This document shows, in pieces, positions 1 through 8,516 of a DNA stretch of 64,000 nt. The notes under the pieces were generated by a model. The model saw only the letters and a list, made by a program, of their open reading frames with translations, was not told the origin of the DNA and ran no database searches. The stretch covers positions 4,186 through 68,185 of the forward strand of contig CAYRJA010000003.1 in assembly GCA_964424455.1 (NCBI GenBank). Reading direction: 5' to 3'. Origin of the DNA: an uncultured Bifidobacteriaceae bacterium. Lineage in GTDB: Bacteria; Bacteroidota; Bacteroidia; Chitinophagales; UBA10324. The position numbers and the translations under genes are program-made. Numbering within the stretch: position 1 is the first letter of the stretch; the number at the start of each line of letters is the position of its first letter.

Positions 1-1201
1 AAAGTTATTTATAGCACCCGGAAATCCGGGCACTGCACAATGTGGAGAAAATGTAACACTTTCTCCAACCGACTTTAATGCTGTTGGAAACTTCTGCTTA
101 ATAGAGGGGATTGAAATGATAGTAGTTGGTCCTGAAGATCCGTTAGTAAAAGGAGTTTACGATTATTTTCAGTCTGATGAAAAATTAAAACATATTGCAG
201 TGATTGGTCCTTCAAAAGCCGGAGCACAGTTAGAGGGAAGTAAAGCTTTTGCAAAAAAATTTATGCAGAAGTATGGAATCCCAACTGCTGCTTATCATTC
301 ATTTAATGAATCTCAGATAGACGAAGCAATTGAATATATAAGTAAGCAAACTCCGCCGGTTGTATTAAAAGCAGACGGATTAGCTGCAGGCAAAGGAGTA
401 ATCATTGCTCAGTCAACTGATGAAGCTGAGGAAATGCTGACAGAGATGCTGGTGCATGACAAGTTTGGAGAAGCCGGCAACAAAGTAGTGGTTGAACAAT
501 TTCTGAAAGGTATTGAAGTATCTGTTTTCGTATTAACAGATGGAAAAAATTATTTGCTTCTGCCCACTGCAAAAGATTATAAACGGGTGGGTGAAGGTGA
601 TACCGGATTAAATACCGGAGGAATGGGAGCCGTTTCACCGGTACCGTTTGCCGATGCTGCATTTATGAAAAAGGTAGAAGAAAGAATTATCCGTCCGACT
701 ATTTCGGGACTGCAGCAGGAGAAAATCACCTACAAGGGTTTTATTTACTTTGGTTTAATAAAGGTTAACAACGAGCCGTTTGTTATAGAATACAATTGCC
801 GGTTGGGTGATCCGGAAACGGAAGCAGTATTGCCACGCATTAAAACAGATTTGCTTGAGCTGTTTTCTGCTGTAACGGATGGAACACTCTCCAAAAAGAA
901 AATCGAAGTTACAGATGAAGCCGCTGTAACCATTGTTCTTACATCAGGCGGCTACCCCGATAAATTTGAAAAAGGAAAAGAGATAGCCGGTTTAGACAAA
1001 ATATCAAAGTCAATTGTATTTCATGCCGGAACCACTGAGAAAAACGGAAAACTGCTGACCAATGGCGGCAGAGTGCTGACTGTAACATCCTTTGGAAAAA
1101 ATATTAAAGAAGCGTTGGTACTGTCTAAAAAGAATGCTTCAATTATTTTTTTTGAGAAAAAATATTTCAGGAAGGATATTGGATTTGAATTTACCGAATG
1201 A
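1..1201 (+). CDS. purD: phosphoribosylamine--glycine ligase (GAR synthetase), 5' end outside the window
   Basis: The frame is open back to nt 2 (..LFIAPGNPGTAQCGEN.. precedes the listed Met), so the gene starts outside the window. ATP-grasp PurD motifs are present: VVGPEDPLV, KADGLAAGKGV, EYNCRLGDPE, GGRVLTVT. Confidence 0.95.
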   Translation, partial: KLFIAPGNPGTAQCGENVTLSPTDFNAVGNFCLIEGIEMIVVGPEDPLVKGVYDYFQSDEKLKHIAVIGPSKAGAQLEGSKAFAKKFMQKYGIPTAAYHSFNESQIDEAIEYISKQTPPVVLKADGLAAGKGVIIAQSTDEAEEMLTEMLVHDKFGEAGNKVVVEQFLKGIEVSVFVLTDGKNYLLLPTAKDYKRVGEGDTGLNTGGMGAVSPVPFADAAFMKKVEERIIRPTISGLQQEKITYKGFIYFGLIKVNNEPFVIEYNCRLGDPETEAVLPRIKTDLLELFSAVTDGTLSKKKIEVTDEAAVTIVLTSGGYPDKFEKGKEIAGLDKISKSIVFHAGTTEKNGKLLTNGGRVLTVTSFGKNIKEALVLSKKNASIIFFEKKYFRKDIGFEFTE

Positions 1202-1202
1202 T

Positions 1203-1225
1203 AAATCCACTTGCAGGATTTTTTT
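1203..1225 (+). terminator. weak rho-independent terminator candidate after purD
   Basis: The stem aaatcc (1203-1208) pairs with ggattt (1216-1221), with a 7-nt loop, followed by a T-run to 1225, directly after the purD stop. The stem is short and AT-rich. Confidence 0.3.
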
Positions 1226-1313
1226 CAGCAACCTTACTTATTAATATCAGAGTGATTACTATTCATCTGTAACATTATTCACAAATGAAATGAAAGATAT
1301 TGCACTCAAAGTA

Positions 1314-1871
1314 TCATTTGCGAATGTATTCCGTGTATCCTTGAGATTTACAGATAGCAGAAAAATACCGGATGATTTCGTCTTCATTTGTTTTCGTATA
1401 GAATACCAACTTGCTGGTGTCTCCTGCAAAGGAGGTATATTGCATCAGAGGAAAGTATTTTCTCAGAAAAGACAGAGTTGTATCGCTCTTTTCCCCTGTC
1501 AGAATCACAGGTGTTCCGATAAATCCTGTTGGTGTTTTTTGTATGGTGTAACAGGTCCAAAAACCCTTGGCGGCTCTTTCTGAAATAAAATAGTAATTAT
1601 TGTATTTTGAGAAAGTGAATGTGTCGCACAGATTGTAAGTTTCTGCTCTCTTAGTATGTAAGATAATCGAACCGCTCTTCACTGTTACCAACCCGTTGGA
1701 ATCCCTTTTCATCACTCCATCTCTTTTCTTCCAATCATAGCTTTGATATTTTCCGGTCAATTCTTTCGGAATCTGTTGAAGGCGACTGCCGGGCATGCGG
1801 TCGAAATAAATATTTTCACAACTTGTTACCGGTACAATGAGTATTAACAACCAAAGAATATTTTTTCTCAT
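1314..1871 (-). CDS. hypothetical lipoprotein
   Basis: The 185-aa ORF has an N-terminal signal peptide ending in a lipobox-like LIVPVTSC. No recognisable domain. Confidence 0.6.
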   Translation of the reverse strand: MRKNILWLLILIVPVTSCENIYFDRMPGSRLQQIPKELTGKYQSYDWKKRDGVMKRDSNGLVTVKSGSIILHTKRAETYNLCDTFTFSKYNNYYFISERAAKGFWTCYTIQKTPTGFIGTPVILTGEKSDTTLSFLRKYFPLMQYTSFAGDTSKLVFYTKTNEDEIIRYFSAICKSQGYTEYIRK

Positions 1872-2204
1872 AGCTAAATCCTTAAAATAATAACAAACTC
1901 AAAATACAAGTTTACTAAATTCAAATAATAAATTACTGCATAGTAAATAAAAAAGAGACGGGGATAAAGGAAAAGGACAAAATCTTCCCGATTTATATTT
2001 TCATTTCAATGTAACAGGTGTTACACTGAAAAATTCATAGAACAAAAATCAAACTTAACTGACACAACAAATAGTGTTACAACCATTGCATGCAGTTGCC
2101 TGTGAATATTTTACCTGAATGTATTAAGAAAATTGTCTTTTTTTACTGTGTTTGTTACATTTATCTTTTGAGATAATTTTTCTTTCATCCAAAAAATTTC
2201 GGAA

Positions 2205-5114
2205 ATGAATAAACTATTCAAATTCTCATGTGCTTTATGTTTGTTGCTGGCACACTTTGCTGCAAATGCGATCATTTACACGGTGAATTCTAACGGCGAC
2301 TCAGGAACCGGTAGCGGTACCTCAGGTGATTTACGCTACTGCATTATACAGGTAAACGCTACAGTTGCAGGCGCTCCGCATACCATTCATTTTAATATAC
2401 CGGGAACTGCTCCTTTCATTATTTCAGTCAGTAGTGATTTGCCTGCTGTAACACGTGCCGGTACTGTGATTGATGCCACCACACAACCGGGTTTTAGTCC
2501 GGCCAATATTCCGGTAGTTTACATTGAAAGCGGCAGTGGAGGTGTCAATGGTGTATGGGTAAACAATGCAGCTAACACTGAGATTTACGGATTGCAGATT
2601 TACAACTTTGATAATGGCATTTATATTTCAGGTGATGCAGCAGACGGATTTATAATCGGCGCACCAAACAAAAAAAATGTAATCAACCGCTGTAACTACT
2701 ATCACATCTTTATAGAATCGGCTGACAACGGAGCGATTCAAAGCAATAACATCGGCTGCGATCTTACAGGCACATTCGGTTATACTCCTTCGCAGGCTTG
2801 GTATTCGCCCAACGGGTTGTATTTTTTAAACAGCGCCAATAACAACATGATTGGAGGTGTGGTAACAGGGGAAGGTAATATTATCGCCGGAAGCGCCGGC
2901 GCGGCGGTTTATATCGGTGAATATGCTACCAGTGACCCATCAACAGGGAGTTCAGGAAATATTTTTTACGGAAACACTATTGGTGGCAGCGGTACCGATA
3001 TGGCATGGTGGTCGTGGGCATTCTGGATTGATGGCAATTCCGATAATAATATTATCGGCGGTGTGTTACAGGGGCAAGGCAATAATCTATCGAACTCCAC
3101 TACAGGTTACACTGCAAACAGCTATGGAAACTTGGTTGTGGGAGTTAATGAAAAAGATGCGACCGGTAACCAGGTTCGTGGGAATAATATGGCTTGTGCT
3201 TACGGCTATGGAATCGTGCTGGCAGGAAGTGCCGGAAGTAACGGGAATAATAATATTCAGCCACCGTTGATTGATTCGCAGATGGGTAATTTGCTGAACG
3301 GAACGGCGCCGCCCAACTCAACTGTAGATTTTTATACCGGCAGTCTGTGCAACGATGTTTACGGAGAATGTAAGAGTGAAACTTACCTGACGACTGTTAC
3401 AACTGATGGATCAGGAAACTGGAATGCGGATTTGAGCGGACTATCCCTCACCTGCTCTACCGATATTACTGCGGTAGCCACTACGGCTGCTGATGGAAGT
3501 TCCCCATTTGCTCATTGTTTTTCCTTCTGTCCTGTTGTATCGGATTTTTGCGATGTTAACGGAAATGTTGCCATCTACTCTAATTACGATGGGGGAATTG
3601 TAGAAATAAATGTTGATCAGAATATTCCGAATCTGAAAATCTGTGTCTGTACCTACGAACCGATACAGGTTACGATTGCAGGTCCGTATGTTTCCAATGT
3701 TACCCAAGTGGTTTACGCTGGTTTTAATTCCAATCAGAATAACAACAACTGCGGACAAGGAAATTTCCCTACTTCTATTACAGGTGTTGACCCGGGTATT
3801 GTGACCATTAATCCGCCCAATACCCCTCCTGAGGTAGGATACATTCCCGCACACGGTAATGGTACAGGATCAATATATGGGGGTGTGGTAGGTGCCTCCG
3901 GCTCTTGTGATACAATGACATTTGCCGGAGGTGGTAATACACCGGACGAAATAGTTTACTATTTTCTAAGTGTAACAGGAGGCACTTTATTATTCCACCG
4001 GACTCAGTATGATTGTTGGATGGATGTCACAATTAATCTTTCTGACGGCGGCAATTGCTGTATTCTTCCGGCAATCCTTCCGGGTGGATGTACCAAGCCA
4101 TCAGCTGCTTCCGCTATCAGTGGACATTCTTCTGTTTGTACAGGAGAAACAACCGGATACTCCGTTCCTTCCATTCCCAATGCAACCGGATATATGTGGA
4201 TACTACCTCAAGGAGCAACCATTACTGCCGGAAACAACACAAATAATATCTCAGTAAACTTTTCTACAGCAGCTACAAGCGGCTATATCAGCGTGAAAGG
4301 CAGTAACGCCTGCGGAACCGGCGATTCCTCCTTATTAAATGTAACAGTGAATACGGCTCCTGAAGCGGGAACTGTTACAGCTTCGCGTGATACGATTTGT
4401 GCAGGTACGCCGGCAATACTTTCCGTTTCCGGAAACTCAGACCCTGTATTATGGCAATCGTCTTTATCACAGAATAATTTTTTAACGATTGCAGGAGAAA
4501 CAAATAGCTCATATACCGGTGTTCCGTCCCAAACTACTTACTATCGTGCTTTCGCCAATAATGGAAACTGCGCGGATACTACAGCAATCTATGAGATTGT
4601 GGTGAAGCCTTCTCCTGCCGGTAGTTTCAGCTATAATACTTCCGGATTGCAGGTGGCATTTAATTCATCCGGAAGTTCAGGTAATATCACCCTCTACGAA
4701 TGGGATTTCGGTGATAACACACAGAAAAGCAATGATGAAAATCCTGTTCACATTTACTCCATTGCTGATACTTTTCATGTTTGTCTCACTGTAGAGAACG
4801 GCTCAAATTGCTCCTTCACACTTTGCAGAGATATAATCACAGAAGATCTTACCGGGACAGAAATACATTTTCAAAACAATGATTGTACGATTTTCCCCTC
4901 CGTCGTGAAAGATAAACTAAGTTTAAACTGCGCTTCATCAGGGGAAAAATTCGTTGAAATCAAAAATATACTTGGACAAACGCTATTAGTCTATGCAATA
5001 GATACACATCATAAAACTAAAATAGATGTCAGTGGTTTATCCGCGGGAGTGTATTTAGCAGTAATAATAAAGTTCGGTAAAAGCACAATCGTCAGGAAGT
5101 TTGTGAAGGAATAG
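2205..5114 (+). CDS. large secreted beta-helix/PKD-domain protein with type-A T9SS C-terminal sorting domain
   Basis: Signal peptide MNKLFKFSCALCLLLAHFAANA. Iterated NN(I/M)IGG..G.GN parallel-beta-helix-like repeats. PKD-like module (YEWDFGDNT..NPVHIY). The last ~75 aa (FPSVVKDKLSL..LSAGVYLAVI..) resemble a Por/T9SS CTD. Confidence 0.8.
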   Translation: MNKLFKFSCALCLLLAHFAANAIIYTVNSNGDSGTGSGTSGDLRYCIIQVNATVAGAPHTIHFNIPGTAPFIISVSSDLPAVTRAGTVIDATTQPGFSPANIPVVYIESGSGGVNGVWVNNAANTEIYGLQIYNFDNGIYISGDAADGFIIGAPNKKNVINRCNYYHIFIESADNGAIQSNNIGCDLTGTFGYTPSQAWYSPNGLYFLNSANNNMIGGVVTGEGNIIAGSAGAAVYIGEYATSDPSTGSSGNIFYGNTIGGSGTDMAWWSWAFWIDGNSDNNIIGGVLQGQGNNLSNSTTGYTANSYGNLVVGVNEKDATGNQVRGNNMACAYGYGIVLAGSAGSNGNNNIQPPLIDSQMGNLLNGTAPPNSTVDFYTGSLCNDVYGECKSETYLTTVTTDGSGNWNADLSGLSLTCSTDITAVATTAADGSSPFAHCFSFCPVVSDFCDVNGNVAIYSNYDGGIVEINVDQNIPNLKICVCTYEPIQVTIAGPYVSNVTQVVYAGFNSNQNNNNCGQGNFPTSITGVDPGIVTINPPNTPPEVGYIPAHGNGTGSIYGGVVGASGSCDTMTFAGGGNTPDEIVYYFLSVTGGTLLFHRTQYDCWMDVTINLSDGGNCCILPAILPGGCTKPSAASAISGHSSVCTGETTGYSVPSIPNATGYMWILPQGATITAGNNTNNISVNFSTAATSGYISVKGSNACGTGDSSLLNVTVNTAPEAGTVTASRDTICAGTPAILSVSGNSDPVLWQSSLSQNNFLTIAGETNSSYTGVPSQTTYYRAFANNGNCADTTAIYEIVVKPSPAGSFSYNTSGLQVAFNSSGSSGNITLYEWDFGDNTQKSNDENPVHIYSIADTFHVCLTVENGSNCSFTLCRDIITEDLTGTEIHFQNNDCTIFPSVVKDKLSLNCASSGEKFVEIKNILGQTLLVYAIDTHHKTKIDVSGLSAGVYLAVIIKFGKSTIVRKFVKE

Positions 5115-5167
5115 CTTTATTATTCTGTTGTGCATTTAATCTGATGAATGCTTCCAATAAATCCTTG

Positions 5168-8100
5168 TTACTTAATAAGAGTAATAGTTCCTTTTCTAAT
5201 CTGTTGCGTGTCGTCCTGAAAGTTGGCTATAATATAGTAGGCATACGCTCCGGCTTGTTCCAGTTGGTTATTGAATCTGCCGTCCCATCGCTTATTCATA
5301 TTATCAGATTCAAAAATTCTTTCTCCCCACCGGTTGTAAATAGCGATATAAATATCCTTGAGGTTAGTTCCATAAAAATTAAAGTCGTCATTTATTCCGT
5401 CATTGTTCGGCGAGAATGCATTGGGAATATAGAGTGCATTTTCTTTTGACATTATTTCTACCACTCCTTCCTGAGTGCATCCTCCTGCATCTGTTACAAT
5501 TACAGAATATGTTCCTATTGCCAGATTGTTTGCCATCTGGGAATTCTGCACTGGGTCTGTACTCCATAGAAAGGAAAAGGGAGCTTTTCCTCCTTCAACA
5601 TTTACAGCCGCTGTTCCGTCGCTTGCGCCGTAAGTAACCCCTGTAATTTCAAAGTTAAGAGCTAAGGGACCCGGTTCAGCTATGATTGCACCGGTATCCG
5701 CAGTACAGCCATAGTTATCTGTTACAGTGATGAGATAAACTCCGGGACTGAGATTATTAGCCGATGCAGTAGTTTGTACCGGATCCGTATCCCATTCATA
5801 AGTATAGGGCTGTGTGCCTGAAGAAACGATTGCAGTTACGGAACCATTGTCTGCACCAAAGCAGGTAATGTCATTTTGTGTTACAGTCAGAACCGGAAGC
5901 TGATGAACACTTACCATAACTGTATCATAATTTTTACAGCCGATACTGTTGGATGCCGTAATAATATAATCTGAAACTTTCGCCGGTGTAACGGTGACCG
6001 TTTGGTTAGATGAAATAATAGCGCCTGATTCCGACCAGGAATAAGCGGTTGCATTAATACCAGTTGCGATGAGTGTGGCGCTTTGTCCTTCGCAAACAGC
6101 CGTATCATTTCCTGCGTTGACTGTCGGCTTGGGCTGAACTGTTACAGTCTTGTTTCCGTTCGCCTGACCACATTGATTCAATGCGGTTACACTGATGTTT
6201 ATATTTCCTGTTGAATCAAATATCAATGTATATTCATTGTTAGACTTGTCTAATTCAACTGCTTTATTACTCTTTGATTTCCATGAATTATCCCAATCGT
6301 AATAGGTCTTATCTATGAACGGTACTTTAAATTTAACGGTATCTCCCTGGCATACCGGCGATGGTCCTGTAATAGTCGTTTGAGGCGTTGTCAGTATATT
6401 CACCCAAACGGTATCGGACCATGGACTAAAACAGCCATTATTATTTTCCCGTGCATTAAAGGGATATTTGCCCGGCTTGAAACTTTTTGGAAAAGTTATC
6501 AGAATATCAGGATCGTACCAATCTAATGGATCTCCGAAATTCAAAATCGGTGATTGCCACTGATAAGCGCTGTTAAAATTAAATGGCCAGATATAAAAGT
6601 CGGCTACATCGCCTGCGCATATTACAGAATCCTCAATTCCTACAACCGGAGGCGGAGCAATTTTTCCGATAGTTAAGTGTACTAATGTTCCCAGCGTATC
6701 TCCCGGGTTACTCGAATTTGTTGCTATTAAACGCATGTAATAAGTGCCGGTTCCCGGATAAGGAAGAACCTTGAGCAAATCAGGATAATTAGGAACAGAG
6801 ATGGTAAGACTTCCATTGGAAGTGGCAGTTACTTTTCCAAATACTCCGGTATTAATAATTGCATAGGTCTTTGAATTGATTACCTGAATTTTAAACTCGT
6901 TACCCGCAGCGTAAGTTGATTTATTCCCAAGATTATTAATTGTAACAGTGATGGTGGTATCGGCGCCGCTTGTATCAGTAATACACAACTGAACATCTTC
7001 CATGTCATTGGTTTCCATGTCGCAGCGTTTAATACAGAAAGGACCAAAGTAATCTGCAGGAGCAGAAGAAGTTGCCACGGGATTAGTTGAAATTACCCGT
7101 ATATAATATCCGCAGCCGGCAGGTACTACAGGAACTTTACCGCTTACCGTTCCAGGAGGAGAACCTAAATTAGGATCATAAGTGTTGGCATCCGGTGATG
7201 TTCCGATAATGCTGGGTGTGGTAAAATTTCCATTGGCATCGGATAGCTGTGCGATATACTTATTACTGGAAAGATACGCTCCGGTAGAAAAAAACGGAAC
7301 CTCAATAACACTGTTTACACAAACTGTATCCGGTCCTTTTGTAACAACCGGTTGTAAAGTTTTAATGGTGTTAGGACATTTCTTCACCTCAAAACAAATA
7401 CTCGCACTTCCTGTAATCTGCGGAGGGGGAGACATCCGGCTCATTCTGATTTTATAACAAGTTCCCGGAGTCAGACTGCTGGGAACACCTGCCATCTGGA
7501 ATGAATTGGTTTGTCCTGTTCCGATATAAAAAATGTACGGAAGCATATTACCGCTAAAATTCCCTGAAGCATTAGATATTTCCATTTGATAATTTCCGGC
7601 ACACAACGGTCGGGATAATTGAATGCTAACGGATATATTATCTCCCTGACAAACGGGACTGGGAGCCACGCTTGAAATATTAATCTGAACCGGATTATTA
7701 ACATTGTCATAAGTGCCAACGACAAAAATATCGTCCACACCAAACGAAATTTTATTTGCTCCTCCGGCGCCTGAATTTGTCCATCTCCATCCAAATCTCA
7801 GGTCATTCTGATTTTCAAATGCAGGATCTGTAACATCTTCGTACCTCCAAAGATTAGATCCATTATACTGCGGCTTACCTATCTGTGTCCATGAAGTTCC
7901 TCCGTTAATACTGTAATACAATCTTCCATAATCTGTTGGCGAACCTTCGCCTATCCAGAAAAAGGCAAGGTGAATATTAATTAATCCCACAGTACAGAAA
8001 CTGGTTCCCATCTGCGCAAAATTGTCAGATGCATTAGAGGTATTGTAGTTTGCATTGGAAGTGCCCGGCGCTGAATTGGCATCATGAATGTGTAAATAAT

Positions 8101-8365
8101 TACTGGTAGGAGCCTGAGATATTGTACCACCGGCTACCTGATTCTGATCAGGAGTATTAGGATAAATTCCGTTACCGTTGTACTGATTATTTACAATCCA
8201 TTTATTATTTCCTGTGTTGGATGCCGGTCCGCCCGAATTCAGAACGAATGAATTAGATGGACTATTAAAATCTTCCTGATATAGCTGAATGGTAATCTGT
8301 GCTGAAGTATATTTAAAGCATAGAAGAGTGATAAAGATACCTGTTAGGCGTATAAATGACTTCAT
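5168..8365 (-). CDS. SprB-repeat cell-surface protein with gliding-motility-associated (type-B T9SS) C-terminal domain
   Basis: Signal peptide. SprB-type repeats (ITCFGADNGSVTA..QPYTYEWDTDP and GASDGTAAVNVEGGKAPFSFLWSTDP). C-terminal IPNAFSPNNDGINDDF..YNRWGERIF..WDGRF..AGAYAYYI, the signature of the CHU_C/type-B CTD. Confidence 0.85.
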   Translation of the reverse strand: MKSFIRLTGIFITLLCFKYTSAQITIQLYQEDFNSPSNSFVLNSGGPASNTGNNKWIVNNQYNGNGIYPNTPDQNQVAGGTISQAPTSNYLHIHDANSAPGTSNANYNTSNASDNFAQMGTSFCTVGLINIHLAFFWIGEGSPTDYGRLYYSINGGTSWTQIGKPQYNGSNLWRYEDVTDPAFENQNDLRFGWRWTNSGAGGANKISFGVDDIFVVGTYDNVNNPVQINISSVAPSPVCQGDNISVSIQLSRPLCAGNYQMEISNASGNFSGNMLPYIFYIGTGQTNSFQMAGVPSSLTPGTCYKIRMSRMSPPPQITGSASICFEVKKCPNTIKTLQPVVTKGPDTVCVNSVIEVPFFSTGAYLSSNKYIAQLSDANGNFTTPSIIGTSPDANTYDPNLGSPPGTVSGKVPVVPAGCGYYIRVISTNPVATSSAPADYFGPFCIKRCDMETNDMEDVQLCITDTSGADTTITVTINNLGNKSTYAAGNEFKIQVINSKTYAIINTGVFGKVTATSNGSLTISVPNYPDLLKVLPYPGTGTYYMRLIATNSSNPGDTLGTLVHLTIGKIAPPPVVGIEDSVICAGDVADFYIWPFNFNSAYQWQSPILNFGDPLDWYDPDILITFPKSFKPGKYPFNARENNNGCFSPWSDTVWVNILTTPQTTITGPSPVCQGDTVKFKVPFIDKTYYDWDNSWKSKSNKAVELDKSNNEYTLIFDSTGNINISVTALNQCGQANGNKTVTVQPKPTVNAGNDTAVCEGQSATLIATGINATAYSWSESGAIISSNQTVTVTPAKVSDYIITASNSIGCKNYDTVMVSVHQLPVLTVTQNDITCFGADNGSVTAIVSSGTQPYTYEWDTDPVQTTASANNLSPGVYLITVTDNYGCTADTGAIIAEPGPLALNFEITGVTYGASDGTAAVNVEGGKAPFSFLWSTDPVQNSQMANNLAIGTYSVIVTDAGGCTQEGVVEIMSKENALYIPNAFSPNNDGINDDFNFYGTNLKDIYIAIYNRWGERIFESDNMNKRWDGRFNNQLEQAGAYAYYIIANFQDDTQQIRKGTITLIK

Positions 8366-8516
8366 GTAAGATTAAAAGAAGGGAGAAAAGTAGGTATTAA
8401 TTAATGTATGACAAAATATAATCTGTCATCGCTGCTTTTAGAAAAACATTGATACATACAAAACAACACCTAATTATCATTTTTTTCCACTAAGTGATAA
8501 TGCTTAATTTTAGCGG

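Noticed and set aside
402-933. ORFs 402..662 and 745..933 on the minus strand inside purD. The same class includes 2917..3270, 3441..3854, 4009..4257, 5911..6108, 7182..7794, 8796..9020, 18762..19196, 20213..21101, 25821..26338, 30255..30896, 32132..32591 and others.
   Set aside because: They are antisense or out-of-frame shadows lying entirely inside long ORFs with clear family motifs. Their translations are low-complexity or compositionally odd.
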